DNA from: Candidatus Doudnabacteria bacterium
Lineage (GTDB): Bacteria; Patescibacteriota; Doudnabacteria; UBA920; O2-02-FULL-48-8
Direction of reading: 5' to 3'
DNA: 64,000 bases
Assembly: GCA_037200925.1 (NCBI GenBank)
Contig: JBBCGO010000001.1
Location: 317,248-381,247 of the forward strand
Notes under the pieces: generated by a model
The model's input: the letters and a program-made list of their open reading frames with translations, nothing else
Told to the model about the DNA's origin: nothing
The model's database searches: none
Translations under genes and position numbers: made by a program
Part shown: piece after piece, positions 10,938 through 20,821 of the stretch
Layout of the letters: each line of letters begins with the position of its first letter
Position numbering within the stretch: the first letter of the stretch is position 1

Positions 10938-12452
10938 TTATTTACCGGTCAAACCCGTCTTTTCGCCCGGAATAGCATTCGCATCCGGTTTGGCAGTTGG
11001 CTGTTCGGCAATCAACTGGGCCGGCGATATAGGCGGAGGCGGGTTTATTTTTTGGTCGTTCAGCTGTTCAAATCGCTTCTCGTCCCGATTCAACCGCTTA
11101 TATAGAACGAAAATCACTATTGAAGCAAAAATAATGATTATAAAAACAATAATTGCCACAGCGGTGGTTTTGCCATGACCTTTGATGCTTGCGGCCAGCT
11201 GATCAAACTTGGTGTCAATCGATTTTTTAGCAGCGATCATTTGTTGGCAATCAGCAACATACGGATCAATATACTTTACCAAAGAAAAATCCGGATTGAT
11301 GTTATCTTTTGCCTGGTCAAATTCAGAAATCGCGCTCCTGCAATGGCTGGCCTGCATTAGTGCCAGCCCACGGACGATGTGATCAAAATAATCCGAATTC
11401 CCGTTCAATAAATTACTGGCCTGCAAAAAATCCTTGGGTATCTGGATCGGAATTGCAAAGGCAAAATTATCCCCTTGGCTATTGGTGCTGGTGTCGGATT
11501 CGTAAGTTACCACCCCGATCGCTTCCCCGGATGCGTTAAACAGCGGTCCGCCGCTCGATCCGGGCGAAATTTTGGCGTCGGTCTGGATAAGCTGGAAGTC
11601 CTTGTTAACGGAATCCTTAAATGCGCCTATTGAGCCTTGGGTGAATGTCGATTCGCTCAAATTCGTACCGTTAGCGTCAGCACTGGCCGGGAAGCCAAAA
11701 ATATAAATCTTATTGCCTGCATTCAGACCGGCAGAATTGCCGAGTTTGATCACCGGAAGCTTGCCTTTGGGATCGATCTTTATTTCGCCCACGTCCTTTC
11801 CGTCAAATTCAAAATTAGAGTTGGCGCTCACAAGAGTGGCGACAGAACCGTCCTTCACCGAATCGGAAAGAGTATTTTTTATTGACGAAGGATTGAGCAC
11901 GGTCAGTTCATTTTTCAGATTCGCAGTATTGTGAGCCAGAATATATTTTAGTAGATTCTGGTAAATTTCAAGACCCTTTGCCCCCGCATTATCCTGGGTA
12001 TAACCGAAGCTTTCCAATTGTGCATCTGAAAATTGGGAAAATTTTTCGGCCAAAACCAAATAAGCCAGGCTTTGGGCCTTGGTCACCAGATCGGCATTAT
12101 CCGAAACGACATGAGCATTGGAAAGGATATAACCGTCCGGACTGACCACAAAACCTGTCCCCAGCAGATCATCATCCACATTGACCTTCAGAGGCAGGCC
12201 GTGGTCATCAAAAATATCGCCGGTTTTGAGGTCAAAATCAAACGAATCAAAAGAAACATCTCCGGAAATATGGTGCACGATCCGGACAACTCCCGGCTTG
12301 ACCAGATTCACCAGATCTTCCTGGCTTAAATTCGCGGGCGGAATATCGGAACTGTAAATTATTTTCTGTGAATTTAAATAAACATAAACACCGGCGGCAG
12401 CCAGCATCAAAATCGCCGCGAAAACGCCCAAGCCCAAGAGGATTTTTTTCAT
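10938..12452 (-). CDS. trypsin-like serine protease (S1/HtrA-like) with N- and C-terminal TM segments
   Basis: GTGFVVSPDGYILSNAHVV (His) and GSSGGPLFNASGEAIGVV (Ser). C-terminal hydrophobic stretch VAIIVFIIIIFASIVIFVLY. Confidence 0.7.
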   Translation of the reverse strand: MKKILLGLGVFAAILMLAAAGVYVYLNSQKIIYSSDIPPANLSQEDLVNLVKPGVVRIVHHISGDVSFDSFDFDLKTGDIFDDHGLPLKVNVDDDLLGTGFVVSPDGYILSNAHVVSDNADLVTKAQSLAYLVLAEKFSQFSDAQLESFGYTQDNAGAKGLEIYQNLLKYILAHNTANLKNELTVLNPSSIKNTLSDSVKDGSVATLVSANSNFEFDGKDVGEIKIDPKGKLPVIKLGNSAGLNAGNKIYIFGFPASADANGTNLSESTFTQGSIGAFKDSVNKDFQLIQTDAKISPGSSGGPLFNASGEAIGVVTYESDTSTNSQGDNFAFAIPIQIPKDFLQASNLLNGNSDYFDHIVRGLALMQASHCRSAISEFDQAKDNINPDFSLVKYIDPYVADCQQMIAAKKSIDTKFDQLAASIKGHGKTTAVAIIVFIIIIFASIVIFVLYKRLNRDEKRFEQLNDQKINPPPPISPAQLIAEQPTAKPDANAIPGEKTGLTGK

Positions 12453-13423
12453 TTTTTTCTTTTTAGGACTTTTTTGACTGCATTAATGATCGCTTTGCTG
12501 TCCATTCCCCATTTAGCGATCAGTTCGTTCTGTTCCCCGCTTTCGCCGAAGTGGTCAGGCATGCCCACGAACTCCTGAGGCACGGGAAAATTGCGCCCCA
12601 AAACTTCGGCCACAGCTCCGCCCACTCCGCCTGTGATCTGGTGCTCTTCGGCAGAAACAGCGCAGCCGGTTTTTTTCACGGATGCTGTAATGGTTTGCTC
12701 GTCGATCGGTTTGACCGAAGCAACATTTATAACCTCGCACTCAATCCCTTCTTTTGCAAGCTCATTGGCCGCGGCAAGAGCGTAATAGACCTGCGGACCG
12801 GCCGCGGCGATCGTGCAGTCCTTGCCTTCGCGGAAAACCTGCGCTTTGCCAATTTCAAACGGCGTTTCTTCTACTGTAAATTGAGGGGTTTTTTCGCGGC
12901 CCAGCCGGATATAAACCGGGCCATTGATCTTAGCCGAGGCCAAAGTGGCTTTACGCGCTTCAATTGCATCGCATGGGACTAGAACTGTCATGCGCGGCAA
13001 TACCCGCGTGATGGCAATATCTTCCATTGCTTGGTGCGTCGCGCCATCAGGCCCAACCGATATCCCGGCGTGCGAGCCCACGATTTTCACATTGTTGCCG
13101 CCATAGCAGATAGAGACTCTGATCTGATCCCAATTCCTGCCCGGAGAAAAAGTCGCGTATGAAGTGATGAACGGGATCTTTCCTTCATGCGCAAACCCGG
13201 CCCCTAAGCCGGCTAAATTTTGTTCGGCCACGCCGACTTCCACAAATCTTTCGGGGAAAGCATCGGCAAATGCCTGCGACCGGGTTGATTCGGTCAGATC
13301 GCAGCAAAGCACAACCACATCCGGATTTTCCTTGCCTAAGATCATCAAGCCCTCGCCATATCCATTGCGGATCGGGACTTGCTTCATATCGGACGCATAT
13401 AAATTATCGACTAATTTGATCAT
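12449..13423 (-). CDS. transketolase, C-terminal (pyrimidine-binding) subunit
   Basis: CCDLTESTRSQAFADAFPERFVEVGVAEQNLAGLGAGFA and FITSYATFSPGRNWDQIR. Confidence 0.85.
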   Translation of the reverse strand: MIKLVDNLYASDMKQVPIRNGYGEGLMILGKENPDVVVLCCDLTESTRSQAFADAFPERFVEVGVAEQNLAGLGAGFAHEGKIPFITSYATFSPGRNWDQIRVSICYGGNNVKIVGSHAGISVGPDGATHQAMEDIAITRVLPRMTVLVPCDAIEARKATLASAKINGPVYIRLGREKTPQFTVEETPFEIGKAQVFREGKDCTIAAAGPQVYYALAAANELAKEGIECEVINVASVKPIDEQTITASVKKTGCAVSAEEHQITGGVGGAVAEVLGRNFPVPQEFVGMPDHFGESGEQNELIAKWGMDSKAIINAVKKVLKRKK

Positions 13424-13683
13424 GGGTTATATAATTTTCCGAGGTCTTTTATCACCTTGCCGATCCCGAATCTTTCGATCTCTTTTTTTACGCCGGCCTT
13501 ATCAAAAGGGGTCAGATCCGGATTAAGTTCAACTAATTCCAAGATCAGTCCTGCGGCTCTGTCTTCCAATTCTCCGGTTGGCAGCCCGGCATTATCAACT
13601 TTGACTAGATCCGAAGTCACGCTGGCCAAATCGGAACTTAACTTCTGGAGTGGATTCAAATTTTCACTTCCCGGATCATTCAT
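13420..13683 (-). CDS. hypothetical protein (87 aa), translationally coupled to the tkt C-subunit
   Basis: Stop overlaps the tkt C-subunit start (ATGA). No recognisable domain. Confidence 0.4.
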   Translation of the reverse strand: MNDPGSENLNPLQKLSSDLASVTSDLVKVDNAGLPTGELEDRAAGLILELVELNPDLTPFDKAGVKKEIERFGIGKVIKDLGKLYNP

Positions 13684-13698
13684 GTAAATAATCGGTAA

Positions 13699-14088
13699 TC
13701 AATCCAATTTTTTAGTATTCAACCGGCGATTCTCATCTTCAACTTTTTTATCAATATCTTCTTGAACGACACTTTTCAATTCACTTAGGGACATAGGCTC
13801 AGTCGTAAGGTTTTTTGGATGCAGTTTATATGTCAGAGCTTCGGCTTTGTCCGCAAGCATTTTATCCTCTTCACTAATCGGCCAACCGGGGTTTGCAAAA
13901 ATCATCTCAGTTTTAAGGGCTTTATATTCGGCCAAACGTTTTTCAGCCAAAGATTCATCTTGGCTTGCAGCCGCCTGCGCCAACGCATCTATCTTTTCGC
14001 TCAACATGCCTATCAGCTGACGATGTTTTTCTTGAAAAGTATCTGATTCTCTTGCTCCCAAATAATTGGGTTCTTTATTCATATTCAT
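13699..14088 (-). CDS. hypothetical coiled-coil protein (129 aa)
   Basis: Helical, charged sequence; no recognisable domain. Confidence 0.4.
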   Translation of the reverse strand: MNMNKEPNYLGARESDTFQEKHRQLIGMLSEKIDALAQAAASQDESLAEKRLAEYKALKTEMIFANPGWPISEEDKMLADKAEALTYKLHPKNLTTEPMSLSELKSVVQEDIDKKVEDENRRLNTKKLD

Positions 14089-14093
14089 GTGAT

Positions 14094-14252
14094 TTAATAA
14101 CAGATCATGCGTCCGCCCAGAGGTCTGCAGCCCCCGATCGGAGGGTTATAATTACTTTTTTTAGGTTCATATTTCCAAAGAAGAACACCAGAAAAAATTA
14201 GAGAAGCTAACAATAATAAAGCTAAAACGATGATAATAATATTTTTATTCAT
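14094..14252 (-). CDS. hypothetical small membrane protein (52 aa)
   Basis: MNKNIIIIVLALLLLASLIFSGVLLWKYEPKK...; its start lies inside the direct-repeat copy at 14245-14267. Confidence 0.25.
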   Translation of the reverse strand: MNKNIIIIVLALLLLASLIFSGVLLWKYEPKKSNYNPPIGGCRPLGGRMICY

Positions 14253-14274
14253 GCTCGCTCGCAAAATAGGTTCA

Positions 14275-14517
14275 TTAATTAAGTTTATTCTTGATCTCCT
14301 GCCCTGATTTTAGGTCAAAATCTTTCAAAAATTCAGGATCAGACTTTAGAATCTCTGCAGCAATTTCTTTGGCCAAACGTTCCATTTTTTCCGCATCAAC
14401 TCCATTCCTGTCTTCTCGAAGAGATGCTTCCTTTTTTTTGATATCTACATACTGTTCTTTGAGGTCTGCTAATCTGCTGTATGGCTCATATTCATACAGA
14501 TTCATTTCTCTGTCCAT
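14275..14517 (-). CDS. hypothetical acidic coiled-coil protein (80 aa)
   Basis: Flanked by approximately 23-bp direct repeats that copy the 3' end of the tkt N-subunit gene. Confidence 0.4.
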   Translation of the reverse strand: MDREMNLYEYEPYSRLADLKEQYVDIKKKEASLREDRNGVDAEKMERLAKEIAAEILKSDPEFLKDFDLKSGQEIKNKLN

Positions 14518-14540
14518 ATTATTGCCTCAGCGAGATTGAT

Positions 14541-15419
14541 TTACTCATGTTCGCTCGCAATCTTCCCTCCCAGAGTTCTTAATTCTTTCAATGCGATCGC
14601 GGCCTGCTGGTCCTTAGGAGGCGATCCGGACGGCTCAATCGTGCCCGGCGGATTGCCATGCCATTCAAAGCGGTATTCCATATAATCCACGCCTTTGCCC
14701 GGGATCGTATGGCAGATTATCACAGTCGGTTTTTCGGCAATTGCCTTGGCCTGATTGCAGGCATCGATTATTTCTTGCATATTGTGTCCGTCAATTTCCA
14801 GAACATGCCAGCCGAATGCTTTCCATTTATCAATGAAAGGTTCCAGCGGCATGATGTCTTCCGTGTAGCCGTCGATCTGAATGTTATTCCGGTCAATAAT
14901 TCCGGTCAGATTCCGCAGTTTATTTTTTCCCGCGAACATCGCCGCTTCCCAGATCTGGCCTTCTTCCTGCTCACCGTCGCTCATGACGCAATACACGCGC
15001 CAAGGTTCTTTTTTCATTTTCAAACCCGCATAGGCCATGCCCGCGGCTTGCGAAAGCCCTTGGCCTAAGGGGCCGGAAGTATTTTCAGCTCCTGGCAAAC
15101 CTTCGTGATGAGGGTGTCCCTGCAGTCTGGTTCCCAATTTGCGTAAGGTTGCCAGTTCAGCCATTGGGATAAATCCGGCTTCTGCCAAAGCTGCATACCA
15201 CACGGGGCAAATGTGTCCGCATGATAAAACAAATCTGTCGCGGGTGGGAAGTTCAGGATTTTTCGGATCAACGTTCAAGATCCCGCCAAAATATAGCGCT
15301 GTAAATACATCGGCCATGCCCAAAGGCCCGGCCGAGTGGCCCGATTTGGCAGCGACTAGCATTTTAATAATATCTTGTCGGATATCGTTTGCTTTTTGTT
15401 CGAGTTCTTTGATAGTCAT
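14541..15419 (-). CDS. transketolase, N-terminal (TPP-binding) subunit
   Basis: SGHSAGPLGMADVFTALYFGGILNVDPKNP, RFVLSCGHICPVWYAALAEAGF. Confidence 0.85.
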   Translation of the reverse strand: MTIKELEQKANDIRQDIIKMLVAAKSGHSAGPLGMADVFTALYFGGILNVDPKNPELPTRDRFVLSCGHICPVWYAALAEAGFIPMAELATLRKLGTRLQGHPHHEGLPGAENTSGPLGQGLSQAAGMAYAGLKMKKEPWRVYCVMSDGEQEEGQIWEAAMFAGKNKLRNLTGIIDRNNIQIDGYTEDIMPLEPFIDKWKAFGWHVLEIDGHNMQEIIDACNQAKAIAEKPTVIICHTIPGKGVDYMEYRFEWHGNPPGTIEPSGSPPKDQQAAIALKELRTLGGKIASEHE

Positions 15420-16075
15420 TAACTTTCAATATCTACTTTAAGCGCTTCAATTGCCAATTCTTCGTCTTCTGAGCGCAAGATCGCCGACCCGGCTACCAAG
15501 ATGTCAGCGCCTGCCTTGGCACACTGCCGGGCAATGCCGACTTTCACGCCTCCATCCACGCAAATTGTGACACTTTTGCTTAAGCTTCGCAATTCAACGA
15601 TCTTTGCGATTGTGGAAACCATAAACGGTCGGCCCTGAAAACCCGGCTGGATACCCATAAGCTGGATAATATCAACTTCCTTCAAAAATTTTCCGGCCAG
15701 ATGAAGCGGTGTTGCGGGGTTTATCACTAGTCCTGGCTTTAGTCCCAGACTTTTTGCCCTCTCGATCACCGGCTGGATCTCTGAATCATGGTTAAACGCT
15801 TCCAGATGGAATAAAACCCATTTGAATCCCGCATTTTTTGCATCCTCAAAATATATTTCCGGGGTCAGCGTCATAAAATGCGCCATCAGAAGAAACGGCG
15901 AGGATTTTAAAAAACCCAGATCAGCGGGCATCACGGTCTTATTGTGAATGAACTTGTCGTCAATGAAATCAATATGCAACTTAGTAAAATATTGGCTCAA
16001 CGCAAAAAGCCGCCCGTACCTTAAGCGGAAATCCGAGATATCATTGGTCAGAATTGCCGGAGAAATTTCGGTCAC
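15419..16075 (-). CDS. rpe: ribulose-phosphate 3-epimerase
   Basis: (beta/alpha)8 RPE with MGIQPGFQGRPF and GADILVAGSAI. Confidence 0.8.
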   Translation of the reverse strand: MTEISPAILTNDISDFRLRYGRLFALSQYFTKLHIDFIDDKFIHNKTVMPADLGFLKSSPFLLMAHFMTLTPEIYFEDAKNAGFKWVLFHLEAFNHDSEIQPVIERAKSLGLKPGLVINPATPLHLAGKFLKEVDIIQLMGIQPGFQGRPFMVSTIAKIVELRSLSKSVTICVDGGVKVGIARQCAKAGADILVAGSAILRSEDEELAIEALKVDIES

Positions 16076-16521
16076 AGATTTATATCTATTTTTTTTACTT
16101 TATTCACCCGCCTGTTAAATCGTTCTTCGTCGGCAAATGGAGTCGTCAAAAAAGTATGCACGATCTTTTTCGCCTCATCCAGGGTCGTGTAATCGGCTGC
16201 CAGACAAAGGATATTGGCGTCATCATCATTGCGCGCGGCGTGTGCGGTTTTTTCATTCCAAGCCAGAGCCGCTCTCGCCCCTTTGGCTTTGTTCGCCACA
16301 ATGCACTCGCCTTGCCCTGACCTGCAAACCAAGATCCCGAACGAATCCAGTTCCGAACCGACTCTGACCCCGACCGGCCAAGCAAAATCCGGATAATCAT
16401 CTTCTGAATCAAATTTTTTTGCTCCCAGATCCTCAAAATCAATACCCCACTCTTTGAGCCAGTTTTTTATCTCTTCCTTCAATTTATACCCGCCGTGATC
16501 AGCGCCTAAGTATACTTTCAT
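16072..16521 (-). CDS. rpiB: ribose-5-phosphate isomerase B
   Basis: MKVYLGADHGGYKLKEEI...ILVCRSGQGECIVANK. Confidence 0.85.
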   Translation of the reverse strand: MKVYLGADHGGYKLKEEIKNWLKEWGIDFEDLGAKKFDSEDDYPDFAWPVGVRVGSELDSFGILVCRSGQGECIVANKAKGARAALAWNEKTAHAARNDDDANILCLAADYTTLDEAKKIVHTFLTTPFADEERFNRRVNKVKKIDINL

Positions 16522-17295
16522 ATTCGATGTATTGCTTCCCTGTTAAATTCTTTAATTACCTGCCAAAAATTCTCCGTATCCAGGCTGGCTGCGCCGACCA
16601 GTGCGCCGTCAATGATCGGATATTTGGCATACTCCTGAACGTTATTCTTGTTCACCGTCCCGCCGTATAAAACCCTCAGATTTCTGGCGGCCTTGCCGAT
16701 CCGATGCTCCAAAAGCTGAAAAATATGTTCTATCAGCTCACTGGCATGCTCACCTGTTGCAGGTTCGGATCTTTTCATGGTCGAAATAGCCCAGATTGGT
16801 TCATAAACGTAAACGATCTTCTCCAATTGCTTCTTGTCCAGGTCCTTTGTAACTTCCGCAAACTGTCTGGTAACCAGATTTTTCATTTCCGTCTTGACCG
16901 CGCCCTCTTCCCCGCCCAAACAGACAATAGGCGTGATCTTATGTTTTAGAGCGGCGATGATCTTGGCATTCACAACTGAGTCAGTCTCGCCTAGAGATAA
17001 TCTTCTTTCTGAATGGCCCAAAATAACGTATTTAACATTCCATTGCAAAAGCTGGACAGGCGAAATCTCGCCGGTCAGCGCCCCCCCCGTCCGCCCAGCT
17101 CATATTTTGCGCGCCCAACTGCACGCCGTCCGTATAATGCATGAGCGCCGGCAAATAAACGAACGGCGGACAGACCACGACCTCGGTATGAGCCGCGATC
17201 GATCGGCTGTGATGTTCAATGGCGGCTGCCAAGCGCTTTGCTTCGTCCACAGCCTGAGGATTCATTTTCCAGTTTGCGACAATAAGTTTTTTCAT
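16518..17295 (-). CDS. tpiA: triosephosphate isomerase, frame broken by +1 in a C8 run (17081-17088)
   Basis: Track ORFs 17032-17295 (MKKLIVANWKMN...NMSWADGGGADRR) and 16518-17048 ([15 protein letters not shown]...) are two halves of TIM. Removing one G from the minus-strand G8 restores [33 protein letters not shown]. Confidence 0.85.
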
Positions 17296-18287
17296 TAGGG
17301 CTGTCTGTAAAGGTCGGCCGCCGCTTCCGGCATCACGGTATTCACATAAACGTCAGAACCCAATTCAAACCCACCCCAGACATTCAGGCGCGGCATGATC
17401 TCCAGGTGCCAATGGTAGCTGCGCACGTCATACTGCGTCCGCGGCGAATGCGATACGGGCAGGGTGTGGATGTAATAATTGTAAGCCGGATCAAAAAGTT
17501 TATAATAGATCTTTTGCAAAACGATTTTGAGCACGCGCGTCAAGGAGCTGCGCTGACTGTCGGTCATTTCAAAAAAATTCGCCTGGTGGGTTTTCGGAAG
17601 GATCCGCAGGGCATATGGAACTCTGGCCGCAAAAGGAGAAAGCACCAAAAAATCCTCGTCATCCAAAACCAATCTTGTCGGCTCGGATAATTCTTTAAGG
17701 ATCAACTCGCAAAAAATACAGGCGCCTGTTGCCATAAAAAAATGATGGCTGCTTAAGACCTCGTCATGCAGATGCTCCGGGACGAACGGCGTGGCAAAGA
17801 TCTGAGAATGGGGATGAATGACTGACGCACCGCCCTCATGTCCGTGATTTTGCAGGATATGGACATACTGGACCTCAGGATGATCAGACAGCGTAAGCAT
17901 CCGGCTCTGGTAGACTTCAAGGCATAAATTCAAAAGTTTGTCAGGCAAAAAACCCGTCAGGACATTGTGCGGCCTGGTGATGATGACCTCATGATCCCCG
18001 ATCCCTTCGCGTACGCGATAAAAATCGTGCCGTTCGCGGCCGCCAAAATGGCCTAATGCTTCAAACTTATTGGGTATTACGCGGACTTGCCAATTTTTTC
18101 CGACCGGCCGTGATAAAATTTCCTGATTCAAATTTTCCTGCCCGGGACAAAACGGGCAAGTTTTGTCGTGCTCAGGTAAAGTTGCCGGAAAAGCCGGAGG
18201 ATGCTTAAAATCCTCAGGGCGCGTGGACCTGTTCGGCGCAAAAAGCACCCAGTGTTTGGAGACTATGTCTTGTCGGAACTCACTCAA
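17295..18287 (-). CDS. GalT-family nucleotidyltransferase (galactose-1-phosphate uridylyltransferase-like)
   Basis: CPFCPGQE zinc motif and HPHSQIF (HxHxQ) active site. Confidence 0.65.
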   Translation of the reverse strand: MSEFRQDIVSKHWVLFAPNRSTRPEDFKHPPAFPATLPEHDKTCPFCPGQENLNQEILSRPVGKNWQVRVIPNKFEALGHFGGRERHDFYRVREGIGDHEVIITRPHNVLTGFLPDKLLNLCLEVYQSRMLTLSDHPEVQYVHILQNHGHEGGASVIHPHSQIFATPFVPEHLHDEVLSSHHFFMATGACIFCELILKELSEPTRLVLDDEDFLVLSPFAARVPYALRILPKTHQANFFEMTDSQRSSLTRVLKIVLQKIYYKLFDPAYNYYIHTLPVSHSPRTQYDVRSYHWHLEIMPRLNVWGGFELGSDVYVNTVMPEAAADLYRQP

Positions 18288-18801
18288 AATGGAATGTTAA
18301 TTGTAACTGCCGGACAAAGGCATCCGTGCCGCGGATAACGTACAATTTATTTCCGTGCAAAGCCAAAATTACCGTTTCTGAATGACCCATGCCTAGATCA
18401 TTGGCGATTTTCTGCGCCGGCATATCGTCAAGCTGAGTGCTGACCTCGCTCGAAATTTTCAGGGTTTTGCGGATGGCTTTTTCTGAATCAGGGCTGGTGA
18501 CCTCGACAGTAACCCCCTCATCCGAATTAGTGCTCGGCACAAAAGTGATCGCGGAATTACTATCAGCTTCAATGGACCAATCCGCAGGGTAACGCACGTC
18601 AAAGCCCAGACGGGAATCTTTGTAGTTGTGCCACGGATAAAATGTATTTTCCGCAACCTGGGCTTCAAAACTTACATCCGTAACTTTGATATATCCGACC
18701 AGTGCGACCGTGACGATCACGGCGTAGGCGATCGTCCATATCAGCCATCGATTAGGATGGATTACAATTTTATGTATTTTGCTTAATTTCGTTTTGGCCA
18801 T
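18280..18801 (-). CDS. membrane-anchored secreted protein, distant YTN-family member
   Basis: TM helix then YPWHNYKDSRLGFDVRYPADW. Confidence 0.5.
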   Translation of the reverse strand: MAKTKLSKIHKIVIHPNRWLIWTIAYAVIVTVALVGYIKVTDVSFEAQVAENTFYPWHNYKDSRLGFDVRYPADWSIEADSNSAITFVPSTNSDEGVTVEVTSPDSEKAIRKTLKISSEVSTQLDDMPAQKIANDLGMGHSETVILALHGNKLYVIRGTDAFVRQLQLTFHFE

Positions 18802-18835
18802 GCAATCTTATTTTGTCCTATGTTGATTGTTCGTA

Positions 18836-19012
18836 TTAGTGCTGTGCGGTACCGTCAAAAAAGAATTTGAGACCCCATCTGTGTCCAGCTCTAGCTTTGC
18901 GATTGAAATCTGCGCCAATAGTCCCCGCACCTACAATAATCGCAAACACGACTGCCCAAACAAAATACCGCTGCGCGACCAATTGATCAACCCACGTTTT
19001 TCTTTTTGCCAT
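18836..19012 (-). CDS. hypothetical small membrane protein (58 aa)
   Basis: MAKRKTWVDQLVAQRYFVWAVVFAIIVGAGTIG...; preferred over the protein-unlike plus ORF 18827-19108. Confidence 0.3.
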   Translation of the reverse strand: MAKRKTWVDQLVAQRYFVWAVVFAIIVGAGTIGADFNRKARAGHRWGLKFFFDGTAQH

Positions 19013-19073
19013 CTTTTTCCCTTGCCCGCCGTAGCTTTATGCGTAGGCGGATTAATTTTTTTATTAATTTTAA

Positions 19074-19478
19074 TTATTTTTTTGTGTCCAGGTATTGCTG
19101 CAGCATGATCTGTGCTGCGATATTGTCTTTTATGGCCCGTTGCTGGCGTACCCTCATCCCCTGATCCTTTAACAGCTTTCCCGCCTGAACTGAACTAAAC
19201 CGTTCGTCAACCAGTTTGATCGGAACTTTCACGGACCGGAATAAATTATCCGCAAATATTTTGAGTTTTTCAGCTGATTTGCCCTCCTTCCCGGAAAGAT
19301 CCGTTGGCAGGCCGAGTAAAATTAACCCGATTTCCTGCTCTTGGATTATTCTTTTTATTTCTAGAACGGCTTTTTTGCTTTCAAAAGGCTGTTTTAAGGG
19401 AAATGCGATTTTCGTGGCACTGTCGGCTATGGCAGCTCCTACCCGGACCGAGCCCCAATCCAGGGCCAGTATGCGCAT
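19074..19478 (-). CDS. ruvX: Holliday junction resolvase-like protein RuvX/YqgF
   Basis: MRILALDWGSVRVGAAIAD... RNase H-like fold. Confidence 0.8.
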   Translation of the reverse strand: MRILALDWGSVRVGAAIADSATKIAFPLKQPFESKKAVLEIKRIIQEQEIGLILLGLPTDLSGKEGKSAEKLKIFADNLFRSVKVPIKLVDERFSSVQAGKLLKDQGMRVRQQRAIKDNIAAQIMLQQYLDTKK

Positions 19479-20747
19479 TATTTGCTTTCACCCAAAGTTA
19501 CGGTAACATCTTTGGTCTTGCCCCCGCTTAGCACGGACATTTTGACGATATCGCCCGGATTAAAGTCTTTCAGATACGAGGCCAGGCTATGATCCTGATC
19601 GATGGTGTGCCCGTTGATCTGTAAAATAATGTCATTCTCTTTAAGTCCGGCCTTATCAGCCGCAGACCCGGCCACAACTGCCGGAGCTGATGAAGCATCG
19701 CCGGAAACGATCAAGGCCCCATGATCAACGCTTAAATTATTTTCCTGCTGGATGCTCTGATTGACCAAAACGTAGCGCACACCGAGGAAAGGCTTGACGA
19801 TTCGTCCGAATTTTTTGAAGCTGTCTATATCCTTCTTAATGTCATTGACCGGGATTGCAAATCCGATGAGCTGTCCTTGGGAATCAATGGCGGTATTGAT
19901 GCCGATGACAGAGCCGCCGATATCCAGAAGCGGACCGCCGGAGTTGCCGGGATTGATGGCAGCATCTGTCTGGATGACTCCTTCAAGCTGCTCAGAATCA
20001 GAGCTGCCGGTCGTATCTCCGGCCGTGATCGTCCGGCCGATGCCGGACACTATCCCTTTGGTCACTGTGTTGCTGTACTGGCCCAGAGAATTTCCGATCG
20101 CCACGACTGTCTGGCCGATCTGCAGATTCGAAGAATCTCCCAATGCCAAGGTCGGTAAGTTGGAGGCGGTGATCTTTACCAAAGCCAGGTCATTGACCGG
20201 GTCCCGGGACAAAACGGTGGCGTCATATTTTTTGCCGTCATTTGTCAAAACGGTGTACGTTGCGGTTGTATCGTCGACCACGTGCTTATTGGTCATGATC
20301 AGCCCGTCGGAAGAGATAATGAACCCGGACCCGCCGCCGACCTGCTGAATATTCGGCGTAGCGCTGTTATTTTGCTGATTCTGACTGCGGTTCTGGAAAA
20401 AAGGGTCAAACGAAAACGGCCCGAAATCATAGGGCGAAGTCGAGTATCCCGGGATCTTATTCAGGTCTTTGGAAATAATGATGGAAACCACTGCCGGACT
20501 GGAGTTTTTCACGACATCCACAATTCCCGACTGCTCGTTAACTGAAACTGTCTTAATGTCAGCGCCGGTGCTGCTAACACCCAAAGATATGCCGTGCGTG
20601 AGTAAGAAAGGTCGTACCAAACACGGCACCCGCTATGCCAAACAGGAAACTCAGCAAAACAACCAGAGAAACCAGCTTAAAATTGGACTTATCCGCGTTT
20701 TCCCGCAGATCCTCGGTGAGATTTTTTTCGTTATGTAAATTTGTCAT
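19478..20747 (-). CDS. HtrA/DegP-family serine protease with PDZ domain; N-terminal TM segment in a different frame (+1 at CCC 20580-20582)
   Basis: GGGSGFIISSDGLIMTNKHVV, GNSGGPL and a C-terminal PDZ domain. Upstream ATG 20747 encodes MTNLHNEK...FKLVSLVVLLSFLFGIAGAVFGTTFL (TM anchor). It joins the main frame if one G of GGG is removed. Confidence 0.75.
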
Positions 20748-20821
20748 ATTTCTATTAACGATTTTGGCTATCAGGTATTACAGGTTGGTATATTATAACA
20801 TATTCCACGTCAAGTTCAAAA

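Noticed and set aside
18827-19108. Plus-strand 93-aa ORF
   Set aside because: Low-complexity, protein-unlike sequence. A minus-strand 58-aa membrane ORF co-directional with all neighbours fits better, though it is itself low confidence.
20776-20813. Possible promoter upstream of the htrA-like gene (TTGACG and TGTTATAAT)
   Set aside because: The spacer between the hexamers is only about 10 nt, which is incompatible with a sigma70 promoter. It is left unannotated.
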